IMG/VR virus record: IMGVR_UViG_3300005941_000003
Location: 62,001 to 126,000 of that record
Reading direction: 5' to 3' (one strand)
Length of the DNA: 64,000 bases
Part shown: one piece after another, positions 8,824-20,820 of the stretch
Position numbering within the stretch: the stretch's first letter is position 1
Layout of the letters: the number at the start of each line of letters is the position of its first letter
Program-made: the position numbers and the translations under genes
Notes under the pieces: model-generated
The model's database searches: none
The model's input: only the letters and a program-made list of their open reading frames with translations
Told to the model about the DNA's origin: nothing

Positions 8824-10266
8824 TTAGTCGAACTTGTTAAATGTTGAGAATGCTTCTGAAATCATCATGTCAATTCGTTTTTCTGCTGAAACTCGTTCCG
8901 CAACATCTTCTTGTACTGGTTTCTTTGCAATCTGTACTAGATACGCAACAATCTGTGTATCTTCTTTTGCAACCGCTTTTGGATTTGTGCGAATCTTTTC
9001 AGCAACATCACCTAGGAACATTGCGATTTCCGCTGCGCGATCATGGCCTTTGTTCTTACGCTTTTTGTCATCAGATGAATCAACGATAACACGATCTGAA
9101 AGGTCTGCAATTTCTGCTGCAAACTTATCAAACTTTTGCTGTCGTGCTTCTGCATCATTCTTTGGATCACGATATTGGTTTTTAATCTTATCCATGTCAA
9201 ATGCTGTTGCAGTTTTTGGGAATGTGATTGTGTTTACTAGATTACCATCTTTGTCTTTCATTGTGATAATTTTCTTAACACGATCTGCAAGACCTGCGCG
9301 GCGATTTTCGTATTCTTCTTCGTTCACACGATGTACTAGTGGAAGAATGTCTTTTAGAGTTTCTTCGAATGTTGTCTTTGTGAATTTTGACACATAATCG
9401 TTTACTGTTTCTTCTGAAATTTCAACTTCTTCTGTATTTTCATTTAGAGCCATTGATTCAACGAACGCAGCATAACCTTTGTTTCCTTGAATACGTTTAA
9501 TTGACTCTTTGATTGATTCCATCTTTAGCTTTACGTTTGAAACGATTGCGCGATTACTTTCGTTAACAAGATTTTGCTTGTTAACGATGTTCATAAACTC
9601 TTTTAGCTTTGATAGATTTGATGATAATTCTACGATTGCTTCGCCAACCATGTCACTTGGGACACCACCATGCGCAACGTGTCTCGCCATAGCTCTTGCA
9701 CCATTCAAATGAACGAATGGATACTTGAAACGTTCACCTTCTGCATTTTCAATAAAGATTGCAGAAATGTTACGTGAACGTGCGCCACGCTGTTCTTCGT
9801 TTACAGGCTTGCGGTGCTTGACGATTAGTCTTGCGTTTTCTAGTGTTTGGCGACTTGTGCGTGATGATCCTTCTAGTGAAGATAGTCCCTCTGACATAAT
9901 ATCACTCATAGTCTGCTCCTTGTTTTGTTCTACTTTGTATGCATAATTTTTTGGTTCGATATGCTTACCGAATGTTCTGATATCGAAATCAATCATGTTT
10001 TCTTTTGACATTTGACGTAGGCTCTTGATCATTTTTTCAATCATTGGACGATCAATGTCTACATCCTCACCAACATGGAATTTCAATTCGTTTGTATCAT
10101 CATTTAAGAATACCATAAGATTTGGTTCTTCCACGTAGAAGTAACGTGCTTTGTACGGATCCGCAACACTTTTACCATTTTCGTTATCAAACATTGTTAA
10201 CTTCAAACCATTACCTTGAATGAAGCGCATAATCTTTTCTGCTAGGGTGTCAAAATTTACTGCCAT
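8824..10266 (-). CDS. Hypothetical late protein, probably head-associated
   Basis: 480-aa ORF preceded by the late promoter TGATAAATAC (10286-10295); located in the head/packaging cluster. Confidence 0.7.
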   Translation of the reverse strand: MAVNFDTLAEKIMRFIQGNGLKLTMFDNENGKSVADPYKARYFYVEEPNLMVFLNDDTNELKFHVGEDVDIDRPMIEKMIKSLRQMSKENMIDFDIRTFGKHIEPKNYAYKVEQNKEQTMSDIMSEGLSSLEGSSRTSRQTLENARLIVKHRKPVNEEQRGARSRNISAIFIENAEGERFKYPFVHLNGARAMARHVAHGGVPSDMVGEAIVELSSNLSKLKEFMNIVNKQNLVNESNRAIVSNVKLKMESIKESIKRIQGNKGYAAFVESMALNENTEEVEISEETVNDYVSKFTKTTFEETLKDILPLVHRVNEEEYENRRAGLADRVKKIITMKDKDGNLVNTITFPKTATAFDMDKIKNQYRDPKNDAEARQQKFDKFAAEIADLSDRVIVDSSDDKKRKNKGHDRAAEIAMFLGDVAEKIRTNPKAVAKEDTQIVAYLVQIAKKPVQEDVAERVSAEKRIDMMISEAFSTFNKFD

Positions 10267-10292
10267 GATTTAGATTTCCTTTTTAGTATTTA

Positions 10293-11920
<1,628 letters not shown>

Positions 11921-11940
11921 AAATTAAAAATTTCAATATA

Positions 11941-12900
11941 TTATGTCAATGGATATATGCGAAGTGCGTAGTCGTATCCTGTAGGAGAACCTGCATATGA
12001 GTATTTTGCAACAAGATAATTATCATTCATAATAATATACACAGTGCCAATAGTATTCATATCAGACACATCAATTGTATATTTAACTTCCGATGTTGCT
12101 TTATCTGTGATAGTTACTGTCTGACCATCTGACACCGCAGTATAACTTGTGGACTCAGCAGTCAATGTTTGTGTACCATTAGGGAATGGAGGAGTTGATG
12201 AAATATTCGCCTGATATGCAGTAGTACCTTCTGCACTTAGTGAATACTGCACTCGTTCTGAGTTTAGTTGCCATACATACAGTGTAGAACCAGAAACCTC
12301 AACGTTTTGACCAATTAATTGGCTTAGAGAAGAACCTTTACGAACTTCCGTATTCATACCATCTGATAGTTGGTAAATTGCTACCGCACCAGAGTTACGT
12401 GTTGCATATGCTTCGGCCGCGCCGTATGCACCAACTGCTAAGTGTGTATCGTTCATACTGATTGAAAAGCCGTGATATGAAAAACTATCATATGCGCCTA
12501 GTGATGGTCTGACGATAGGTGTATATGATGTAACTGCGATAGGCCAAGCAGGTGCAGATGGAGTTGAGGTGGATGAACCAAGTGCATCTGCTTCTCCATA
12601 GTATGGACCAGCTACATCTGCGTATGCAAAGTCATGAGTAATTGTACCGTTGCCTTCTGTTACCAATCCCATATCCTGCGTATCAACTACAACGCGGTCT
12701 GTGATTGTACTTAAATCTGTACGTGTTCTAGTGGCTGATGTTGCACCCAGAGACCCTCGGTGCGCCGCACCAGAAGTTGGTAGGTCACCAGAATCGTCTG
12801 TGATTAAACCCAGATCGCCAAGTTCTCTCAAATCAATAGAACGGCGAAGAATTACCTTTTTCATTGCCGTACCGATATTTTTTAAACCTCTGTATTTCAT
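11941..12900 (-). CDS. Hypothetical virion protein with an FG-GAP-like blade
   Basis: DLGLIT/DLSTIT/DMGLVT N-terminal repeats; 'GFSISMNDTHLAVGAYG...GAVAIY' FG-GAP-like motif; own late promoter at 12929-12938. Confidence 0.6.
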   Translation of the reverse strand: MKYRGLKNIGTAMKKVILRRSIDLRELGDLGLITDDSGDLPTSGAAHRGSLGATSATRTRTDLSTITDRVVVDTQDMGLVTEGNGTITHDFAYADVAGPYYGEADALGSSTSTPSAPAWPIAVTSYTPIVRPSLGAYDSFSYHGFSISMNDTHLAVGAYGAAEAYATRNSGAVAIYQLSDGMNTEVRKGSSLSQLIGQNVEVSGSTLYVWQLNSERVQYSLSAEGTTAYQANISSTPPFPNGTQTLTAESTSYTAVSDGQTVTITDKATSEVKYTIDVSDMNTIGTVYIIMNDNYLVAKYSYAGSPTGYDYALRIYPLT

Positions 12901-13014
12901 ATAGGTCTCCTAAACTATTTCTATAACAGTATTTATCATGATTATAGCATAAAGAAAAAGCAGTCTTTAAAGACTGCTTTCCTTGGCCAATCGTCTATAC
13001 GCTAGGACGTATTT

Positions 13015-13386
13015 TTATTCGTTATCCCAATCACGCATAAGTGCTTCGTAAATTTCATCTTCGTTTACTGAATATTCTAGCGGATTATCCCCTGCACTTG
13101 GTTGAATTTTTTTCTTCTGGCGTGAAATCGAATCTGCTGTCTTTTTTGAGAAATCATCAAGATCAAGTTTGTCATTTGCCGGTGTGGGAACATATTCTGC
13201 ATCTTCTTCTACTCCACCGCAACCACATTCTGGTTCTACGATTTCAACAGGAGCATCTTCTGGTGCTGCCATACCTGCAAGAGCAAGAAGTCTTACAATT
13301 TCTTCTGGGTATTCTGTGCTTACGTTTGTAGTTGTAAGAGATTTACCATTATCTTCTGTAGTTGTTAGGTTGAAATGTTTCTTCAT
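13015..13386 (-). CDS. Hypothetical protein (head cluster)
   Basis: 123-aa ORF; overlaps the stop of the upstream gene by 4 nt; followed by a hairpin at 12955-12981. Confidence 0.7.
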   Translation of the reverse strand: MKKHFNLTTTEDNGKSLTTTNVSTEYPEEIVRLLALAGMAAPEDAPVEIVEPECGCGGVEEDAEYVPTPANDKLDLDDFSKKTADSISRQKKKIQPSAGDNPLEYSVNEDEIYEALMRDWDNE

Positions 13387-13955
13387 TCTTCGTCTCCTGA
13401 AATGACAGAATCGCTTGAACCTTCTTCAATAGACATTTGTTCACCCGATGCATCCCGCTTTGGCTTCACACTTAGTTCGTTTTCAACGGTAACTTCATCG
13501 CGTTTTGACAATGACTTTAAGAAGTTGTCTACAAATGTACGACCATAATGCTTGCCGTTATCTGCTTCATCTTCATAATCCGAGTCAAGTAGTGCTTTCT
13601 TTTCACCAGCTTCATCTGGCTCATCTAGTGGCTCCCAACCTTCTGGATGAACTGCAATAAACTTAATGTTCATTTCTAGAAGATCCGATAGTTGTTGACG
13701 CAGAATGTCCGCTGACATTGGATATCCAGTCACGATGTCAATTTTTGAAACGCGAGTGTTTGTTACATCCTCTGCAAAGAAAATTGAATTCTTTGTAATA
13801 GGTGTAGTAGACACGCGTGAAATCGTTCTTAGGTCATACTTACCCAAGAAACGCTCAATACGATCAACTGTTCCCTCGTCCAAGTCCGATGCAAAACGGA
13901 TAGTTACTTTGTGTTCTTTTGTTGATTCTGATAGATACTGTTTAAAATTCTTCAT
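13383..13955 (-). CDS. Hypothetical protein (head cluster)
   Basis: GGAG RBS before MKNFKQYLSE; late-type TGATAAATAA at 13976-13985. Confidence 0.7.
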   Translation of the reverse strand: MKNFKQYLSESTKEHKVTIRFASDLDEGTVDRIERFLGKYDLRTISRVSTTPITKNSIFFAEDVTNTRVSKIDIVTGYPMSADILRQQLSDLLEMNIKFIAVHPEGWEPLDEPDEAGEKKALLDSDYEDEADNGKHYGRTFVDNFLKSLSKRDEVTVENELSVKPKRDASGEQMSIEEGSSDSVISGDEE

Positions 13956-13975
13956 TGGTTTCTCCAATACTATTC

Positions 13976-14503
13976 TTATTTATCAGAATCGCTAATTTTT
14001 CTTGCTTCTGCGATTCTCTTTAGAAGTTCATTTCTATCAAGTATAAGGGCACCTTCAGTTTCAATATCAGCATCTTTACCGTTTTTAGATTCTTTTTCTG
14101 TTGCTAAATCGAGTTTTGCCTTTTGCAACTGTAGAGTAATCATCTTTAGTTTACGATCAACTTTACTATCTTTTGCTTCCATCGCGGTCTTTAACATCTG
14201 AGTTGCGCCTTCAAAGAACTTAGAACCCGCATGTGCTTCTACATTCATACCAATGTCAACAAGTTTCTCAAATGTTTCCATTGCATGTTTGTGAATTTCA
14301 TCCATATCAGTGTCATGTTCATTTAGATCACCAACCATAGGAAGTGCGGCATCAATCTTTTCAGTTGTTGCTAGTTCACTGTTTATCAAATGTATAAGTT
14401 CTTTGGATTGTTCGATTGATTGTGCTTCTTCTTCCACAATGTCTTCTTCCGTTTCAGGTTCAGACGGTGACATTCCGAAAACTTCTTCTAATCTTTTTGT
14501 CAT
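13976..14503 (-). CDS. gp16: Terminase small subunit-like protein
   Basis: Helical 175-aa protein with 'DRNELLKRI' C-terminus, next to the head-completion gene and near terL. Confidence 0.55.
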   Translation of the reverse strand: MTKRLEEVFGMSPSEPETEEDIVEEEAQSIEQSKELIHLINSELATTEKIDAALPMVGDLNEHDTDMDEIHKHAMETFEKLVDIGMNVEAHAGSKFFEGATQMLKTAMEAKDSKVDRKLKMITLQLQKAKLDLATEKESKNGKDADIETEGALILDRNELLKRIAEARKISDSDK

Positions 14504-14955
14504 TTTTTAACTCTTTTTGGTTTTGGCTTCTTGGTGTTACTGTATATATCACCTTCGTTAATTACACGAAACGCCATACCTCTCTTTTTCGCCCATGCAC
14601 TCGCTGCTTCCCATTTTGCATAGTTAACTGCTACTTGTGCTTGATCATTTCGCTTTCTAGCGAATTCTGGCTTACTCTGTGATGTGGGTTTTATTTCTAT
14701 CAATTCTGCACGTTTTTGACCTTTTGCATCCATATAGACAATGATAAAATCAGGGACATAACTTGACATTTTGCCAGTTAATGGATGTTGATAAGGTATA
14801 CGTACAGGTTCACTTGCCCATGCCACTATATTACTATTTGTATCACAAAATTGCATAAATGTCAACTCCCAACTACTCCTGAAGGTTGGAGTACCCGAAC
14901 CTGAGTATTTGGATTCATTTATGATTTGATATTTGCCTTGGTGAAATTTACTCAT
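14500..14955 (-). CDS. gp4: Head completion nuclease (gp4-like, TnsA-type PD-(D/E)xK fold)
   Basis: FRSSWELTFMQFCD, WASEP, YVPDF, IEIKP, NYAKWEAA. Confidence 0.88.
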   Translation of the reverse strand: MSKFHQGKYQIINESKYSGSGTPTFRSSWELTFMQFCDTNSNIVAWASEPVRIPYQHPLTGKMSSYVPDFIIVYMDAKGQKRAELIEIKPTSQSKPEFARKRNDQAQVAVNYAKWEAASAWAKKRGMAFRVINEGDIYSNTKKPKPKRVKK

Positions 14956-15215
14956 TCAATGATTGACCTTGCGACATATTTGTTCGGGGTTCTTCCCGAA
15001 ATTCTACCTGTTTGATAGCCCTGTCGCACTGTATTATTCATTATGAATTCACCCAAATCATTCAATTTAAAGTCGGGCGAAATTTGATCTATCATAGAAA
15101 ATATTTCTATACCATAGATTTTTGAATATTTTAATAATTCATTGGCATAAGATTTTGCTCTACTTTCAGTAAAGCCTTTTCTTACTAATTTTGCAACTAC
15201 GATATCTATATTCAT
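14952..15215 (-). CDS. Hypothetical protein
   Basis: 87-aa ORF with 4-nt overlaps at both ends (translational coupling). Confidence 0.7.
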   Translation of the reverse strand: MNIDIVVAKLVRKGFTESRAKSYANELLKYSKIYGIEIFSMIDQISPDFKLNDLGEFIMNNTVRQGYQTGRISGRTPNKYVARSIIE

Positions 15216-16699
15216 CTTAATTTATTCCTAGTCGCATTTCTAATAGTACCAATCTGACCTTGTGTTGTATCTTTTGCAGATGCAGATATTGTTGTAGGAC
15301 GCGATGATGGCTGTTGTGTAGGTGCAATATACTGAGAAATTGAATCTTTAAGCATGTCACCTGCAACACCAAATCTACTTTGTGCAGTAGAATTTAGAGT
15401 ACCGACACGACCAATGCCCGTGTTTCCGATCAACTGTTGCGCGACACGATCACCAACATTATTAAAACTAAACTTAGTGCCATTGAAAAATGAATTTAAC
15501 AATTCACTTGTAAGAATGTTACCCAAGTCTACATTACTAAATCCGCCGCCACCGTTGATTGCTTGTGTTCTGGTGTCAGCAAAATATGGAATGTCATTTG
15601 GTACTTTTGTAGATGATTGAATGTTTTTCACATCTCTGCTGGTGCTTGTACCAGTAATACCATTGCTACCCGTATTAAAATCCCAATAATTTATTGCTGA
15701 CGCTGGGATTGGTTGCGCATTGTTACGTGCTTCTAAAAATGCAGCCTGCGCTTGAACACGTTCTTCTGTCGTAGAGGATGCGCCTATAGCATTGTATAAT
15801 CTAGTCAAGTTGTGAACTTGCTGTAGATTTTGAACCCACTGACCGTCTTCACCTAACATATAACCGATTGATCTAGTATCTAGGTTAAGATTGTCAGAAG
15901 CGGTTGAGATTTCAGTACCAGTAATACCCTGTGATTTTACAAAACCAGCAGCTTCTAACTGAGAAATTTGATCATTGAATGCAGAACGAACTACACTACT
16001 TTCCGATAACAACGCCTCTGCCATACCTTCTGCGCCTTGCTGCATCCAATATGGGACATTAACATCCGAAACTGTATCTCGTATGATTATGTTTTCTGGC
16101 AATAGAGTTAATGTAATCGTTCTTGGTGCCGCATCTGAATAATCGCTCTGACTAAATGTCATATTAGTTACCAGTGGATTAACAAGATCAATCTTTTGAA
16201 TCTTCGCAGAACTGGAATTGTTTCCGCCTGCAAAAACATGATAAATTGTAAAACGTTTAAAGAAATGATTAAACTGTTGCGCGCCTGAGTTTTTATTGAA
16301 CTTTAATCCAGAATTATTGTCTGCAATCGTACCGTTCAATGCACCTTCGTCTGTAGGCAATGAATTGTTTTTGAAGTATGTTTCATAAATTTGTTTCACA
16401 AGAGTGAACGTACTACCATCCACAATATCATATAAATCTATCTGTACTTCGGGAAAGTTTACACGCGTTGGTACGTGTATACGCTTACCATACTGATCAA
16501 CTGACTGATACTCTGTGTTTATTGATATTGGTGATACAGACTTAACGTGGTGAGAATATTCCACCCGTCCGTTAGTCCCCATCATTTCAACAAACCACAT
16601 ATCAGATAATTTTGGCGCAGAGGTAATGGGAGAACCATGTTCCCCCATAAAACCAAATCGCGATCTAGCTCCAAAATTATCTGCTAGTATTCGTGCCAT
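15212..16699 (-). CDS. Tail-tube-fold baseplate/tube-cap protein with a long C-terminal extension
   Basis: N-terminal half resembles gp19 (VDQYGKRIHVPTRVNFPEVQIDLYD; FSQSDYSDAAPRTITLTL); immediately downstream of the tube gene. Confidence 0.6.
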   Translation of the reverse strand: MARILADNFGARSRFGFMGEHGSPITSAPKLSDMWFVEMMGTNGRVEYSHHVKSVSPISINTEYQSVDQYGKRIHVPTRVNFPEVQIDLYDIVDGSTFTLVKQIYETYFKNNSLPTDEGALNGTIADNNSGLKFNKNSGAQQFNHFFKRFTIYHVFAGGNNSSSAKIQKIDLVNPLVTNMTFSQSDYSDAAPRTITLTLLPENIIIRDTVSDVNVPYWMQQGAEGMAEALLSESSVVRSAFNDQISQLEAAGFVKSQGITGTEISTASDNLNLDTRSIGYMLGEDGQWVQNLQQVHNLTRLYNAIGASSTTEERVQAQAAFLEARNNAQPIPASAINYWDFNTGSNGITGTSTSRDVKNIQSSTKVPNDIPYFADTRTQAINGGGGFSNVDLGNILTSELLNSFFNGTKFSFNNVGDRVAQQLIGNTGIGRVGTLNSTAQSRFGVAGDMLKDSISQYIAPTQQPSSRPTTISASAKDTTQGQIGTIRNATRNKLR

Positions 16700-16711
16700 T
16701 GCGAACGCCTA

Positions 16712-17308
16712 TTAACCTAGAATACTTGAGTTATTTGAGAATAGGTTGTCACCTGGCATAATTTCGTTATCAGTAAAGATTGCGTTATCATACTGTAGTG
16801 TTAGAATGATTTGTACTGGATCTGATACTGAATAATCTGACTGTGAGTAGTCAACGTTCTGTAGGAAGCAACCCTCAAGTTGAATTTGTTCGATTGGTGT
16901 ACCATCGTTACCGTTTAGGATTTCAACTAGTGTTGTAAACTTGTAGTTTGTACCAGCAGCTGGACCATTTTGATTTCTGTGGTTTAACTGTGTTTGTAGC
17001 TGGCGACCTACTAGCTTTGTTAGGTTGTTTGCAATGTCGTCACGTAGTGTAATTGTGATTGGTTCCCATGTGTGTTTACCCATCATGTACATACGTGAGT
17101 TGTATGAATCTACTGGGATTGACTCGTGAGAAACTTTTGGACGTGTAACATTCATTACTTGGCGTGTAAATTCTTTACCTGTTGCGTCACCGCCGAAGCC
17201 AGCAACCTGCACTCTAAATCTATAGTTTAGTTTTGGCTGTAGGATACCGATTGCTTCGCCGCCTGCGCCTTCTGTAGGTACGCCGAAATTGTTTAGTGTT
17301 CTTGCCAT
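16712..17308 (-). CDS. gp19: Tail tube protein (gp19-like)
   Basis: QPKLNYRFRV, GKHTWEPITITLRDD, QSDYSVSDPVQIILTLQYDNA; follows the sheath gene; AGGAG RBS before MARTL. Confidence 0.88.
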   Translation of the reverse strand: MARTLNNFGVPTEGAGGEAIGILQPKLNYRFRVQVAGFGGDATGKEFTRQVMNVTRPKVSHESIPVDSYNSRMYMMGKHTWEPITITLRDDIANNLTKLVGRQLQTQLNHRNQNGPAAGTNYKFTTLVEILNGNDGTPIEQIQLEGCFLQNVDYSQSDYSVSDPVQIILTLQYDNAIFTDNEIMPGDNLFSNNSSILG

Positions 17309-17401
17309 AATTATGTCTCCTGTTATAGTTTGCAAACTATGTTATTATACAAGTATTTATCATTTAACGACATAATTAAATCTGCATTTATTTTTGGCAA
17401 T

Positions 17402-17426
17402 AAAAAACCCCGCCGAAGCGGGGTTT
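17402..17426 (-). terminator. Intrinsic terminator after the sheath gene
   Basis: aaaccccgc-ttcg-gcggggttttt on the minus strand. Confidence 0.85.
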
Positions 17427-17445
17427 CTTGTGTTATTCTAGAATA

Positions 17446-20139
17446 TTATGCTAGAGATTCACCTGTGTTGCGAATACGTAGTGGGATGTAGATGAATTCA
17501 ACAGACTTAACTGGCTGAATTGCAACATCTACCCATAGTTCATTACGATCAATACGCGCCGGTGTGTTGTTTGATTCATCACAAACAACTAGGAAGTCGT
17601 ATAGACCACGTTCTGTAACTAGGTTACCACAGAAACGTTCTACTGCATCACGGATGTTGTCACGTGTGATCTTATCGTTCTGTTCGAACAAGAAGCCGCG
17701 CGAAACTTGATCTAGGTTGTGACGCATATAGTTTACTAGACGCACAACGTTAATGCGATCTAGTGCAGATGCATAACCCTGTAGTGTCTTTTGACCATAA
17801 ACTACTAGACCTGTGCCCGGTAGATCAGCGATTGGGTTCATACGTGCTGTATACATTACGTCACGCTGACCTTCACTTAGACGAACACGAACAAACTCGT
17901 TTTCTGCATTTACATAACCAACAGCACTTGCGTTTGAAACAACACCACGTGTTAGACCTGCTGGAGCAAACCATGGGAATGACACTTGATCTGAGAATGC
18001 GATTGTACGTAGCGCGATTGCTGACGCTGGCATCACAACATCATTACCTGATAGGTCTGTTGATAGACCGTGTGGATAGTAAACACCTGCATATGCATCT
18101 GCTGGTAGATTGTTGTCTGCCCAGTTTTTGATTGATGTAGTGTCTGATTTTAGTGTTAGTGGAGCATCACCTACTACGAATGCGATTTCTTTTTTGTCTT
18201 TGTTTAGAGAAATCATTTCATCCATTAGTTCAGGATAACCAGGTGCTGCAATTAGATTGAAGTATGTAGCTTCTGCGCGAATACCATCATTACTTGCAAC
18301 TGCTGCTTGCATTGATTCAACCACCATATTGCGAACTGCTTCTGAACCAAACTTACCTGAACCATCTGCATTAACACCTGATACCCACTCCCAAACGCCG
18401 TTTGTGTAACGCTTTACGTTTAGAGTTGTGTAATCCATGTTAATCATTAGGATGTTTTCTGGTAGAAGTTCTGGGTTTGCAGTGTTTTCGTGTGCAACAC
18501 GGTTAATAACAAAACCGTCTTCATCCCATGGCGCATCCGCTGCATAGTTTGAGAAAATCAGACCGTTTGTTGAAGATTGATCAGCGCCATCTAGTTGTAC
18601 CCACTGTGAGCCATTCCAGATTTTAACATTCGGGAATGTAGCAGCATTGCCGCTCACCCAAAGGTCACCAACTTGTAAAGGTGACACACCATCTTTGCGT
18701 GTTGTAGGAGTCGCAGTACGTAGTTGTAGGTCTGCTTGACCTAGACCATATACATCTTCTGACCATGCGTACTTTGTCCATTCCATTTCCACACCATTGA
18801 ACTCATTGCGCATGATTTCAATTCGTAGATCAGCATTGTACCATAGTGTACCTTCCGCGATGTCACCAGTAGGTGCAGTAGTTGAAGCAACATATTCAAG
18901 ATCGTTCCAAACTGATGCCCAATATTCTGACTGTGAAAAACCTAAGTCTGTGTAACCTGATGTGAACGCGATAATCAGAAGCAGTCCGTCTGTTTTTGTA
19001 AAGCGTATTTTTGATGTCCCAACTTTTTCAACACGAACATTTGCTGCATTTAGGGATGCATCTGCTTGCATTGTACTTACTACTGTATCTAATGTAGCAC
19101 CTGAGAATGTGAAGTCAACACCTGCAACTGTTACAACTGAATTGATATTGTTAACGTCTGGAACATTAGCCGATGTTGTAACTGCCGCTTGCGCTGCACT
19201 TCTTACACGGAAGCGAAGGTATCCAACGTAATTGTTATCACCATCTGTCGCAAGATATACATCGCCAGCATCGATAAGGTCTGCACTTGCAACGTCATCG
19301 TCTGCATATACTGGGGCTTGAACCGATGTCCATAGATCAGTACCTGAGTTGTATTTTGCTAGAGCATAATCTAGGCCACCGCCCTGTACTGTTGTTCGGA
19401 TATAAAAGTCACCAACTTGATTTGGATCAATTGAATCACGACGAGTTGTTGGTGCGAATTTTGAAAATTGGAAGTCGTGGGCCATCGCAGGGTCGCCCAT
19501 GATAACCCAACTTGTGCCCATCTTATGCCAATATGAAATTTTTGTAGTTGATGCTACTACCGCAACATCGCCTGATGTACCGAATGTATTAACTGGAGCA
19601 GCAAAACCGTCAACACTCTCTGATTCAACGTTACCTGTGCCCGGTGCGTCTGTTAGAACATGTGGTGTAACTGCATTCCATACAGTGCCATCCCATTCAA
19701 AAATACCATATGATGATGCATCTACATCAAACCAATAAGTACCATCTGCGATTGCGCCAGCTGGTTCAACTGTAGTTGCTTCTAGCTGTGCTAGGTCGAT
19801 GTCTGCACGAATTACATATGCGTTGTTTGAAACGCCAAGATATTGATATGCTGCTAGTAGGCCGTATTCGCTTGTTTCTGCACCCTGTACCACAGAACCA
19901 CCAACTTCATAGAAATATGGCTGACCAAAAGTTTCTACTAGTTCTCTCTGTGATGAAACAAGGTATGCAACACCAGCGTTAGCTGGGATTGTACCAGAAG
20001 CAATACTTGACCCAGAAGCGTCTGTTTTGTTGCTGCGTGTCGCAACAACCAATAGTGGAAGTGTACCGTTTGTAGCTGCAACGTATTGTGACTCGTCTAC
20101 AACTTGAACTGATACACCTGGGGATACTAATGTCGCCAT
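17446..20139 (-). CDS. gp18: Contractile tail sheath protein (gp18-like)
   Basis: MATLVSPGVSVQVVDES, WFAPAGLTRG, YGQKTL, DRINVVRL, VCDESNNTPARIDRNEL, PVKSVEFIYIP. Confidence 0.96.
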   Translation of the reverse strand: MATLVSPGVSVQVVDESQYVAATNGTLPLLVVATRSNKTDASGSSIASGTIPANAGVAYLVSSQRELVETFGQPYFYEVGGSVVQGAETSEYGLLAAYQYLGVSNNAYVIRADIDLAQLEATTVEPAGAIADGTYWFDVDASSYGIFEWDGTVWNAVTPHVLTDAPGTGNVESESVDGFAAPVNTFGTSGDVAVVASTTKISYWHKMGTSWVIMGDPAMAHDFQFSKFAPTTRRDSIDPNQVGDFYIRTTVQGGGLDYALAKYNSGTDLWTSVQAPVYADDDVASADLIDAGDVYLATDGDNNYVGYLRFRVRSAAQAAVTTSANVPDVNNINSVVTVAGVDFTFSGATLDTVVSTMQADASLNAANVRVEKVGTSKIRFTKTDGLLLIIAFTSGYTDLGFSQSEYWASVWNDLEYVASTTAPTGDIAEGTLWYNADLRIEIMRNEFNGVEMEWTKYAWSEDVYGLGQADLQLRTATPTTRKDGVSPLQVGDLWVSGNAATFPNVKIWNGSQWVQLDGADQSSTNGLIFSNYAADAPWDEDGFVINRVAHENTANPELLPENILMINMDYTTLNVKRYTNGVWEWVSGVNADGSGKFGSEAVRNMVVESMQAAVASNDGIRAEATYFNLIAAPGYPELMDEMISLNKDKKEIAFVVGDAPLTLKSDTTSIKNWADNNLPADAYAGVYYPHGLSTDLSGNDVVMPASAIALRTIAFSDQVSFPWFAPAGLTRGVVSNASAVGYVNAENEFVRVRLSEGQRDVMYTARMNPIADLPGTGLVVYGQKTLQGYASALDRINVVRLVNYMRHNLDQVSRGFLFEQNDKITRDNIRDAVERFCGNLVTERGLYDFLVVCDESNNTPARIDRNELWVDVAIQPVKSVEFIYIPLRIRNTGESLA

Positions 20140-20255
20140 TCTGTTTCTCCTTATGAATTATTGAATTGCTATTAGTATTTATGAAAAAATTGATATTTTT
20201 AACACTTTTTGAATTAAGTACGTAGACAATTCAGGAGAAACTTGACTATAGGAAT

Positions 20256-20753
20256 TTAGCTAATGTACCCCATCAATGCATCGATGTTGAATTGCAAATC
20301 TTCAAGAGTTCCGTTGTTATCGATTGCGAAATCTGCCATCCATTGTTCTAGACTCATACTGTCTTTTGACTCTGGTGGTAAGAAGTCACTGCGATCAACC
20401 CAAATAGCATAGTCGAACACGCCAGTATTTTTCATTGCATGAAATTCTTTTTTGTTTCTCAGACCACAATAAATGTCATGTGCTTGAAAAATCTCTCTGC
20501 CTAGTCGTGCAGGATCAGGAACGTTATAATCGCAAATTGCGTTATACCACTCTGCGCGGTGGTTGTGTCGATCCTCATAACATTCTTCTTCGTTAGAGTA
20601 TCCGTATTTGTCTTTTAGATCATTAAAGATGAAAAGTTTGGAACAAAAACGAGAACTACTTTCAAAACTGTAATCGTATCTATCTCTTAGAATTTCACAA
20701 ACAGTGTCTTTGCCATGTCTACCATGGCCGATTACAAGTAGTTTCTTTTTCAT
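20256..20753 (-). CDS. Deoxynucleoside monophosphate kinase-like P-loop protein
   Basis: GHGRHGKDT P-loop; 'IDNNGTLEDL' C-terminus; upstream TTGACA-17-TATGTT. Confidence 0.7.
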   Translation of the reverse strand: MKKKLLVIGHGRHGKDTVCEILRDRYDYSFESSSRFCSKLFIFNDLKDKYGYSNEEECYEDRHNHRAEWYNAICDYNVPDPARLGREIFQAHDIYCGLRNKKEFHAMKNTGVFDYAIWVDRSDFLPPESKDSMSLEQWMADFAIDNNGTLEDLQFNIDALMGYIS

Positions 20754-20820
20754 ATGGTGTTCCTCTGCGTTTTTATTATTAGATAACATAACACAGAGGA
20801 ACTAGTTTGTCAAGAAGTTT

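Noticed and set aside
8834-9397. Long antisense ORFs (also 32570-33280, 45404-45748, 46382-46864, 48337-48843, 51804-52358)
   Set aside because: They are shadow frames of strongly codon-biased or repetitive real genes, with no RBS and low-complexity translations
14500-14955. Tn7-like transposon (TnsA-type nuclease)
   Set aside because: Motifs and context match the T4 gp4 head-completion nuclease; there is no TnsB/TnsC and no terminal repeats
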